DNA of 64,000 nucleotides, from positions 124,001 through 188,000 of the forward strand of contig JAAOMT010000046.1 of NCBI GenBank assembly GCA_016748015.1, read 5' to 3'. The notes beneath the pieces were generated by a model that was given only the letters and a program-made list of their open reading frames with translations, was not told the origin of the DNA and did no database searches. Within the stretch, counting starts at the first letter, position 1. Each line of letters starts with the position of its first letter. This stretch comes from Geosiphon pyriformis uo1 (taxonomy: Eukaryota > Fungi > Glomeromycota). Shown here one piece after another: positions 13,801 through 24,734 of the stretch. The position numbers and the translations under genes were made by a program.

Positions 13801-16270
13801 AGAGAAATTATAATATATAACATGCATACTGACTTATTAGCTAGACACTTTAAAAAAACAAAAACAATTCAGAAAACTTTAGCTTGCTATTATTGGTCTA
13901 TCTTGGGAAAAAACATTGATAAATACATCAAAATCTGTAACATTTGCCAAAAAAAAAGCAAATCTAATCACAAAGAAGATATTCATTCAATCTTTGTTGA
14001 TCAACCATTTGACAGAATTGGTATAAATGTTGTTAGACTTTTAATAATAACTCCTGATGACAACAAATACATTATCACAGCTATTGATTATCTTACAAAG
14101 TGGGTAGAAGCAAAAGCCACTCCAGATCAAACAGCAGTCTCAATAGCCAATTTTATTTATGAAGATATCATTTGCTATTATGACTGCTCCAAAGAACTTT
14201 TATTTAATAGAGGAAGAACTTTTCTTAATACACTGGTTAAAGAGCTTTGCAGGAAAATGGGAATACATCACAAACTTTTCTTTCTCTACCACCTCCAAAC
14301 AAATGGCCTAGTGAAACGTTTCAATAAAATATTATGTAAAACTCTAGCTAAAACCAGTAAAAAAACAAACTTATGAGACAAAGTATTGTTTTCAGCTTTG
14401 TTTGCTTATAGAACTGTAAATTATGACATAACAAGTTATGAATCTTTTTATCTATTTTATGAACACATGGCAATACTACTAATAGAAACTAATATTAAGA
14501 CAATACTCTTTGAAGAAATCACAATAGAAAATTACAAAAACATTTTGCAAAGAAGACTTAGTATCATTTTTGATTTCTTGGTAGTGTTACTGGGTGAAAG
14601 CTATGGGATTTGTAACTTTTTAGCAATGACAATAACTTTCACCTGGAACACACATTACTATGATTATGTTACTGACTATAGCATATTATGGGTGTATAGA
14701 CTATTTTAGTAGGTGGGAGAGCAAAAGAGATACGTGATAAGGTCATTAAAAGTGAAAGAAAGTATTGTCATTATTATTTGTTTTTGGGCAAGAACCAGTC
14801 TTAGGTATTTGAAAAGGGGAAAAGAGAAGTCATATCTCTTTATATGTATCAGAAGCACAACCAGCAACAAGAAATGAAACCAACTACTCAAAGAAATATG
14901 TAACCAGAATTCTTTCAATTAGTCATTAAAAGAGTATGGTGTTCAAATGCCTACTTTGAAAATGAAGTTATAGGAATTATAAAAAAAATTATGAAAGTCA
15001 AACATAACTGAAATAAATTTTGCTTAAACTTTTTATTGTTGAAACCACTCTCTAATAATATGATACTTTATTACTTATTTTTATATTTAACAACTTGTTC
15101 AGTAAAACAAGACTTAATATAAAATGGTGATAACACATAATTTGAAAGATTGGAAGCAATAGAACAACTTGAAATGGTGATAACAAGTAAGTAAAAGATT
15201 ATAAACAACATGATTCCAAATGGTAATAAGGAATATGAGAAGACATACTTGAGATTGTGATGACAAGTATTTAGAGCATGGAAAGGGGAGAAAGTGTGTA
15301 AAGAGTAGAGGAAAGGACTAACTGCTCACTATAAAACTATAGCAAAAAGTTGGCTCAATATTGAACTGATACTTTCCTGAGCTGATAGAGGGGCTGTATA
15401 TATAGCTAAATTACATCAGATCTACATACTATATTATAACTATTTAAAATACATCAATTATTTATATACATTTAATTAATCAATTATGATGAGCTTACTC
15501 AGCCTGTTATTTATCCAAGAACTAGTAATTTAAATGATTAGATTTTAGATGGCTGGATCTAAAACATTGATTTTAAATCAATGATACCAATTGTGATTAT
15601 GATCAACATAATCAGAAGTAGATCAATTGATTACATTTCTTGGTAACTACTTTTAACCATTGATCACAGATCTGGAATATTAGGTTGTTTCAATAAGGGC
15701 GTATGAAAATTTTGGAGCATAACAAAACCTGTTGTTATCTAATTACATGCATCAATCATTTATTTTCATTGGTGTTTCTTAGTTTGCCAAGATTTTTTTA
15801 TATTCAACTTAGTTAAACTGTTGGATTGTGCCATATTTCTTTGTTGTAATTAGATTGATTGCTGATTATTTATTTCCAGATTGCCAGCTGATTTTGTTGA
15901 TTAAGTGTGATGATGTAAGCCTTTTTTGCATGATTTTAATGTTAATTTCTATTGTATGTGTTGTAATTTTTTGTATTAAAAAGTGTGAAAATCTTCTGGT
16001 AACAGTAGAAGCATGAATAATTGCTTTTGAAAAGATAAAACAGTTCTAAGAAAAACTTAAGAAAAAAAAACCTATAAAACACTTTCTTTAAGTATTGATG
16101 ACTTTGTATTAGAATACTATTCAAACAGAAACAATGTCTATAGTAATAAATTCTTTAGCTAGTAGAAAAGATTTTTTATAGTCAACAAAGTTTTGAACAA
16201 TGGTTTTTATATTCTTCAAGATCAATCCAGAACAATCCTTAATGATTATTCTGTTCATAATACACAACTT
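10871..16270 (+). pseudogene. G1 pol (protease, RT, RNase H, integrase), interrupted at 14585-16004
   Basis: LILDNRFS (=DSGS), YLNN (=YLDD), HTNAFGYG (RH), HTDLLARH...CNIC and IDYLTKWVEA (IN). Confidence 0.9.
14585..16004. mobile_element. Solo LTR of a third LTR family (G3), 1420 bp
   Basis: TGTTACTGG...CTGGTAACA termini, perfect 4-bp TSD GTAG (14581-14584 / 16005-16008); G1 integrase resumes exactly after it; TATATATA near 15397. Confidence 0.85.
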
Positions 16271-16770
16271 AAAACACATACTGTTATTAGACCAAAGAAA
16301 ACCACTACCAGAAGAAAAAAAATTGGTAGCAAAATGGATAAATATCTGTTAAAAAGTATAATAGCAGCTATACTCTCACTTTCTAGCACAATTAGAAAAA
16401 CAATCCAAGAAATTTTGCCTATAGACAAAAATTTGTCATATAAAAGGCAATTAGAACTCTATGGTTGTCTTAAAAAAATCATAGAGGATATGAAACTCAT
16501 GAAGAAAACAACTTCAGAGATACAGGCAGAAATTTTGGGCATTATATGGTTAGATGTTCCAAGAGTTTTAACTATTGCTAAAAGAACCAAAATTTTAATA
16601 CAAAGATTTGGTTTCTTAAATACAAAACTTATTTTGTCTCAAGTATTATATACTCTATCCACAAAAAACTTCAACAAACTAGTTAGCTTTGAGTTAGATA
16701 AAACTTTTTAAATAGATTACACCATAGATAGCTTGATTTTGCTAGAGCTCAATCTTTTTGGAGAAGATAA

Positions 16771-17422
16771 TATTATGGTTGAAACTTATACTTCTTATTA
16801 ATTATTACATGTATTAGCCACTGATGTCATATAATTAGCCATTTTATTTTTAGAAAGTAATTATTAACCTAGTTGTTGATCTAATCATTGATCATTTTTA
16901 ATAGCTATATAAGCAATAAATTTCTTAGCTGTAGAAAAGCATGTAAGAATCAAAAAAAAAGAATTTAAATAACAACTTTTATCTCAATCATTCTTTTATT
17001 GCTAATTTCTCTTTCTTTATCTTCAAGTATCTGAACATCTTGGGATAAAAGATTACTTGTTGGTTGTTTTTTACCTTTTTCTTGAAACGTGTAATTACAG
17101 CATTTGAAGATTATTGAATAAAATATGACTAAAGAGTACATCTAATACCTAATATTGAATTCTAAGAGTGCCAATGTAAAGCATAGAATTATACCAGTAT
17201 GTGATTATTTGTTGACAGTACAGACTATTCCTTTACCTTCAGATTCTCTGGTTATTTTTTGAAAAGTATAACAACTGAAATATTTTATGAGACTGATCTT
17301 GCACATTAAATCCATACTTATTTAATTTACTCTTTAAAGTTGAATTTTTTTTGATTTTTTTCATTATTCTACAATTCTGTTCTCCTTTACTATCCATTAG
17401 CTTGTTACTCCAATCCATAACA
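16771..17422 (+). repeat. G1 3' LTR
   Basis: Preceded by PPT GGAGAAGATAA; ends CAATCCATAACA. Confidence 0.9.
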
Positions 17423-17468
17423 ATATTAACAAGCTCATAACTATTCTTAATCATACCACTCATCCATT

Positions 17469-19819
17469 TATTTATTTATTTTTTGTTAACATGTAGCCAT
17501 GCTAGTTGTTTATTAGTTATAACCACAGTAATATGGCATTTTCATAAAGCCAGTTCACCCAATAATACAAAATTACAAGATGCAGCTAACCACAAATGGA
17601 AAGTCCTAACTACACACTAGTATTACCTTTGTTATCTAATGTATTAAACATATCTAATTCATACATCTTACCCATAATGCTAACAAGTTCATGATTTTTT
17701 TTAACTATACTACTCATCTACTTAACAGTCTAATTAGGACTGGATTTAATCCTAAAAAACTGATCTTCTCATAAGTGCATCATAACATCAAAGATATTAT
17801 CATAAACTGAAAAGTCTTTATTATCATTATCATTATCATCAATATTATCAACCATGTCATTAATATCTGATCCATTCTCTAAGCAGACCTGTTCACATAG
17901 TTTCTTAAAATGTGTTATTTTTTTCTGCATTATGGTGGCAACAGCAGCCAAGCCTTTATTTTGCTTAGCCAACCCATCTATATATTTCTTAACTGACATA
18001 TTTATAGCAGATAGAGTAGACAGCAATTTGGTAACCAATGCAACCAGAGCACCAACAGGTTCAACTAAGGATTTTATCAACACAAATAGGTTACTAAAGT
18101 GGGATTTCAGAGAAGCCAACCTAGATTCAACAGCAGAATTAAGAGCAAAAAAAACAGCAGACAACATGAGTATTGCAGTTTTGGGAGAACCACCAAGATC
18201 TAAGTCCATATCAGCAGCAACAGCACTAGGAGGAACCACAAAAACAGCAGTTTTGGCATAAAATTTAGATCCAACAAATAAAGGTTTGAAATTTTTGGGG
18301 CCACCAAAAGTGTTGAAAGGAAGTTTGAGTGAAAGAGGAGATAACTCCTTGCAGTCTACAACCAAATGATTTAAGTCTTGACACCTGTAGTAGCAGCAAC
18401 ATCCAAAAGTTTCCCACCAGATGCAACAACTATACAAGATACCAGTTTTTGACACAACAACATTTAGAGATTCCAAGGAATCAAAGGTAACCACAGCAAA
18501 GCATTGACATCAATAAGATTCAGGGGAGCGAGGAATGAAACATGTATGGCCACCAACTTGGAAGACCAAATTACTTATCTCAAAGACAGTACAGCCAAAT
18601 AGAAGATTAACCAACTTAGCTCTGAATGTATCTCTTGAAGAAATAATCTTCTTTTGGTTGGCAATAGGAAGAATCCTAATACTATCTTTTCTGACCAATA
18701 CAAACCAGTTAAAAAGAGCAGCAGTAGCAGAAAAAATGTCTTCAAAATTAACCACAGCATATTGCCATAAGCCAGCAGACTTCAATTGACAAGAAAAGAG
18801 AAAAAACAGAGGCCACACCAGAAGACTATGCAATCTTAAGAGTGGTCAATAAAATTTTATCACTGATGCCCACTTTGGTAGTACTATTTAAACTCTCCTG
18901 AGATGTAAATTCCACACAGAACAACTTAACAGCATCTTGTGAAACTGACTTAAGCCTAATACAACCAGGCAATAACTGAAACAAAGAACTAAGCAGAGTT
19001 ATCTTGATCTTAAATATAGCATCAGATACTAAATTAGAGGCCATTCAACCAGAGAAACTTTGATGACCATTTACATTCTCCCAAGCACTACCATCAGCAG
19101 CACCAGAAACTGAGGGAGAGACAGTTGATTCCATTTCCATCTGATCAGTCTAATCTTTCAGATCATTTGGATTGATGGACTGTTTTGCTACTGGGATTGG
19201 TGATAATCTGCCAGAGAGTACTACATCAGGCAATACAGCCAGTAGTTGATCTTGGCCCATCTTGGAAAATATGCCACTGCTGTTGCCATCCATATCAAGA
19301 AGAGGGCTGGCTGCTGCTGTGGAGATTTTACTGAAGATCTCATCTAGAACTACAAAAGAGTTAGATGTTATCAAAGCAGTTGTGAGTGTCTGCTGCTGTT
19401 TTTTAAAATTTTTTGCTTTCATGGCCATTTGTAAAGCTGTAGTAATAGAAGTAGTAATGGGAGTAGTGAGAGCAAGAAAGACCAACTTGTTGACTGGTCT
19501 GTTATTAAAAATCTTTGGGCTCTTAAAAGCAGTAAAGACAACACTAGGACTAATCTAAGTGTGTCTTTTGGAAGGAACTTTGACTGAAAAAAAACTACTA
19601 GCCAAAGGTGAAGAAAATAAATCAGAAGCCACTAAAAGCAGCTTTTCACTACTATTTTTTAAAGGAAATATTGTCAGAACGTTTTGTTTAGTTGCTTTAA
19701 TAACAGAAAAACTCTCTCATGTTGAAACTTTATTAATTACTATAGAAAAGGTAATGTTTGCAACTTTTTACTCTTAGCTCCACTCATGATCATAAAATTT
19801 AGGAGAAAAAAAGTTTTTT
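17469..19819 (-). mobile_element. ORF1-only polyadenylated retroelement, copy 1
   Basis: Single ORF1-like frame 19793-17610, ~125-nt 3' UTR, A-rich tail; a further stub of the same family lies at 17423-17468. Confidence 0.88.
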
Positions 19820-20622
19820 GGTAGATCTACTACAGAATTGCACTGCTTATTATTTAAGCACCACTCTAAATCAGATCAAAGCCTAATTTTGCTTCATCCC
19901 AAAAACTAGCAAAAATTACACAAGGATGGGCTGTGCTTAAATAGAATTTAACAGTAAAACTAGTTACAACAATGCTACCAAAAAACCCTTAATAATTGAA
20001 GACACATTAGTTTACTGAGTAACTTTGGTATAGCAGTAGATAGAACACTATCATCAACAAAAACTGATGCAAAAGCTTTATTGTTGACTTTAAAAGCATT
20101 ATCTTACAAATGTAAACTAACATTAAACACAAATAGTTAAACAGTAGTGTCAACAGCTTAAAAATAGTTGGCCAAAGACTTTTCTTTATCTATTAGAAAA
20201 ACAATCAAAGCAGTGATAGGTGAAAAAAAAATTGATTTTACTATAAACAAAGTAGCTGCTCATACTGGAATATCTGAAAATAAAAAGGCTAACAAACTAG
20301 CCAAAAAAACTACTGTTTTTGACATAATAGAATGGACCTACAATACTAAGAATATCTGCTACATTTTTTTTTGTAAAAAAGTTGAAATAAATCTAAATAT
20401 TAGATACTTTTTAAGCCAATATATTGGGCTTCAAACAGCTTTGGATTGGATAAGCAATAGCAAAGTCCAAGAGATACCATGGCCTTTGAACCAAAAAATA
20501 GATTGAAAATGCACAACCAAAGTCTAAAACTAAGATGAAAAAATGTTATTAGATTTTACTTTAGCTGGATTTTCAGCAATGCATATATTTATTATGAAAT
20601 CATTTAACAATATGCTGCCAAC
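19820..20622 (+). mobile_element. LINE-B fragment: ORF1 RRM piece (19821-20020) fused to RNase H piece (20021-20622)
   Basis: Manual translation VDLLQNCTAYYLSTTLNQIKA*FCFIPKTSKNYTRMGCA*IEFNS aligns to the second RRM of ORF1; the rest matches 31285-31910 (KVAAHTGISENKKANKLAK). Confidence 0.75.
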
Positions 20623-22744
20623 ACAAAAAACTAAAAAAACTCTTTTTCTTCTATTTTTATAACCACAACAAAAGCTAAAAGTAAAAAAGTTGCAAACATT
20701 ACTTTTTCTATAGTAACTTATAAAGTTTTAATACAAGAGGGTTTCTTTGTTATTGAAGCAGCTAAACAAAATGTTCTGGCTATATTTTCCTTAAAAAACA
20801 TTAGTAAAAAGCTGTTTTTAGCAGCTTCTGGTTCATTTTCTTCACTTTTAGCTAATGGTTTTTTTTCTGTCAAAGTTTTTTTAAAAAGGCACACTTGGGT
20901 TAGTCTCAGTGTTTCTATCACTTCTAAAAGCCCAAAGATTTTTAATAACAGACCAGTTAACAAGTTGGTTTTTCCTGCTCTTACCACTTCCATTACTATT
21001 ACTACTGCTTCACAAATAGCTAAAAAAGCCAAAAAATCCAAAAAACAACAGCAGGCATTTGCAACTGTTTTGGTAACACCAAACCTCTTTGTGGTTCCAA
21101 ATGAGATCTTGGGAAAGATCTTCACAGCATTAGTCAGCCTTTTTTCTGATATGGATGACAACAGTAATGGCACATCATTTAAGATGGAACAAGATTAACT
21201 ACTGGCTGTATTGTCTGATATGATACTTTCTGACAGATCATTATCTGTCTTAGAAGCAAAACAGTTTATCACTTCAGATGATCTCAAAGATTGGACTGAT
21301 CAAATAAAAATAGAATTAACTGTTTCACTCCTAATTTCTGGTGCTGCTAATGGTAGTGCTTGGGTAAATGTAAATAGTCACCAAAAGTTCTCTAAATGGG
21401 TGGCTTCTACTTTAGTGCTTAATGCTATATTTAAGATTAAAATGGCTTTGCTTAGTTTTTTGTTTCAGTTTTTGTCTGGTTGTATTGGACTTAAGTCAGT
21501 TTTACAAAATGCTGTTAAATTTTTCTGTGTCTAAATGGTGCTATCAAAGTGGCCATTAGTAATAAGGTTTTTTTGACCACTTTTAAAATTGCATGGTCTT
21601 CTGGTGTGGTCTCTGTTTCTTTCCTCCCTCTGTCAGTTGCACTTTATAATGTACTTTTGGATATTTTTTCTAATAATATCAAAGCTGCTCTTGGTATTTT
21701 TGGTGTTGTTACTTCTGTTAAGTTAAAGTCTACTGATTTGTGGCAATATGTTGTAGTTCATTTCAAAGACACTTCTTCTGCTGCTGCTGCTTTTACTCAT
21801 TGGTCTGTGCTGGTTAGAAAAGACAGTATTAGAATTCTCCTTGTTGTTAACCAAAATAATGTTATTTCTTTAAGAGATGCTTTTAAGGCTAAGTTGGTTA
21901 ATCTTCCCTTTGGCTATACTGCCTTTGAGATAAGTGAGTTGGTCTCTCAAGTCGTGGCTGAACATGTTTCATTTCCCATTCCTCTAAATTATATTGATAT
22001 TAATATTTTGCAGTAGTTATCTTTAATTTCATAAAATTTTTGGATATTACTGTGTTAAAAACTGGTACTTTGCATGATTTTTATATCTGATAAAAAACTT
22101 CTGGATGTTACCACTGCTACAAATGCCAAGAATTGAATTATTTGGCTGTGGATTACAAGGTGTTACCATCTTTCCCTTCTAAATTTTCAGTTTTTAAATC
22201 ATTATTTGCTAAATCCAAATCTTATGTCAAAACTGCTGCCTTTGTGGTTTCTTCTGTTGCTGCTGTTGCTGCTAATATAAACTCAGCTCTTGGTGGCCCT
22301 CCCTAAAGCTCCAACATCTATGTTGCCTGTTGTTTCTTCTATTTCCAATAATCTTGTTGAATTTAGATTGACTTCTTTGGAATCCCATCTTAGTGAACTT
22401 TCTTTGTTGATAAAATTTTTAGTTGAGCCTATTGGCTTCCTGGTTGTATTGATTACCAAATTGCTGTCTATTCCACCTGTTATAGATGTGTTAGTAAAAA
22501 AGAGTTTGGCTGAATTGGCTAAGCAAATTAAAGCTGTTAATGCTGTGACTTCTATAATGCAGAAAAAAATAATGAACCTAAAAAAAAAGTGTGAACAGGC
22601 CTGCTTAGAAAAAGTATTTGATAATGATGATATAAATAATGATAATAATGATGATAATAAAGATTTCTTAGTTTAGGATAACACCTTCAACATTATAATG
22701 TATTTATGAAAAAATCAACCCTCCAGTATCAAATTTGATTGTGA
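20623..22744 (+). mobile_element. ORF1-only retroelement copy 2, 3' end cut by a G1 LTR
   Basis: Same 5' motif AAAAAAACTCTTTTTC and ORF fragments 20965-22676. Confidence 0.88.
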
Positions 22745-24734
22745 TGTTATGGTTGAATTCTATACTTCTTATTTATTATCACATGTATTAACCACTAATG
22801 TCATATAATTAGTTACTTTATTTTTAAATAATGATCATTAATCTGATTATTGATTTAATTAATGACTTGATTATTGACCTGATCATTGATCTGATTATTG
22901 ATCTGATTATTGACCTAGTCATTAATTTGATCATTGACCATTTTTGATAGCTATATAAGTAATGAATCTCTTAACTGTAAAAAAGCATGTAAAAATCAAA
23001 GAAAGAAAAGAAAAAAAATAACAACTTTCATCTCAATCATTCTCTTATTGCTAATTTTCCTTTCCTTACTTTCAAGTATCTGAACATTTTGGGATAAAAA
23101 ATTACTTGTTGGTTATTCCTTATCCTTTTCCTGAAACATGTAATTGTAACATTTGAAGATTATTGAATAAAATGTGACTGAAAAGTACATTTAATATCTA
23201 ATATTAAATTTTAAGAGTGCTAATATGAGGCATAAAATTATACCAATATGTGATCATTTGTTGACAGTATGAACTAACTCTCTACCTTCAGATTTTTTGG
23301 TTATCTTTTGTGACTGAGATATTTTATAAGACTAATCTTATACATTGAATTCATATTCATTCAATTCACTCTTTAAAGTTGAATTTTCTTTGATTTTTTT
23401 TATCACCCTACAATTCTGTTTTCCCTTGCTATCTGTTAGCTTGTTACTTCAACCCATAACATAAAAGTGGTGCTCTTTGTGAAGTTGTCAAAATCCACTT
23501 TGTTTTTTATTATATGGATAATTATTCATACCTGCCATAACAATCAAAAGAACACTTTGAAGCATACAACAAAAATGATCTAAACTTTATTGAACTCAAT
23601 TTTTTGCTCTTCTGCTTGATTTGCTTCCCCATTGAAAAACAATCTAATAGACAATTCTAAGACTTTTGAAACTGGTTTCTAAATAAGCATTTAGCTAAAA
23701 CCTACACAGCTTATACAACCTATTATTTTGACCAAGTTTATTTTGAAAACAACTTTGAAAAAAGAAATAACAGCATCAATCAGCTTTTATACTTTACAAC
23801 TTTTGAACAACAGCCCTCTAATTTTGGATACCTGAATCACCAAATTTACATCTGAATTGCTGCCCATCAGCTATCTGAAAACCTCTTTAAAACAGAAGAA
23901 GAAAGCTATTAAACTGTTTTTGTTTTTGATTTCTTCTTAAGTAAATCAGAACATTTCACAAAAACAGCTATTTCCAAACCAATAGCTAATGACTCTATAC
24001 AACAAAATATTCTGATTGCTTTTCAAAGCATACAAACTGCTTTAGGACAAAAAAATAACACTTCACTATTTTTATTTAGAAGTAATGCACAAGATTCAAT
24101 TAAATAGTTGGATGACTTTGAAAGAGCTGTTACAGTCAACCAATATGATAATAAATACAAGTTCCAAATCATTGGTGGCTACCTTCAAGGCTCTTTTGCT
24201 ACTTGGTTTTTACAAGAAACCAATGCTGGTGCTTATTAAAAAATTATTAAATGGACACCAACAAATATTGGAGAAGAAAACACTTCTTTTACAATCTAGT
24301 TTGAAACTAAATTTAAAACTTCCATCTTAATCTTAAAATAATCTATAAAATTAGAAAAAAAACTCAAAGCCTTGATAAAGTTGTGACTAAATATGCCAAA
24401 GCCATTAGAAAACTAATTAAATAAGTGGACTCTAGAAGAAACTAAACAAAAAAACAGAAAATTCACTTCTTTACAAAAAAATTAAGAACTGATTTCTTAT
24501 ATGCTCTTTGGCCCCTTCTGGCCTTGAAAGACAATCCCATAATGGACATGGTCATTGAACTTGTCCAACGAATTGAAGACAACCAAAGGATGCACTTGGG
24601 ATCCACATTACCAGTTTTTGTTTCTGCTCTTATTATGACTTCTGTTCCTCAAATGGCTGTTATTTTTTTTACTGCCCAGACTTCAGATCTCAATGAACAA
24701 TTGATAGATAGACTCACAGTTAATCTTGCCTGGT

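Larger units (their letters stand above)
8527..17422 (+). mobile_element. Ty3/Gypsy family G1 copy 1 (LTR-gag-pol-ORF3-LTR), degenerate, carrying a foreign solo LTR
   Basis: LTRs 8527-9277 and 16771-17422; degenerate PBS 9284-9300; order gag, PR, RT, RH, IN; ~250-bp deletion near 16270 removes the ORF3 start. Confidence 0.93.

Noticed and set aside
17239-17463. Recurrent antisense ORF MGWSNKL... (also 32910, 37630, 59056)
   Set aside because: It is the reverse complement of the G1 LTR end with an ATG from the terminal repeat; recurrence reflects LTR copies, not coding evidence
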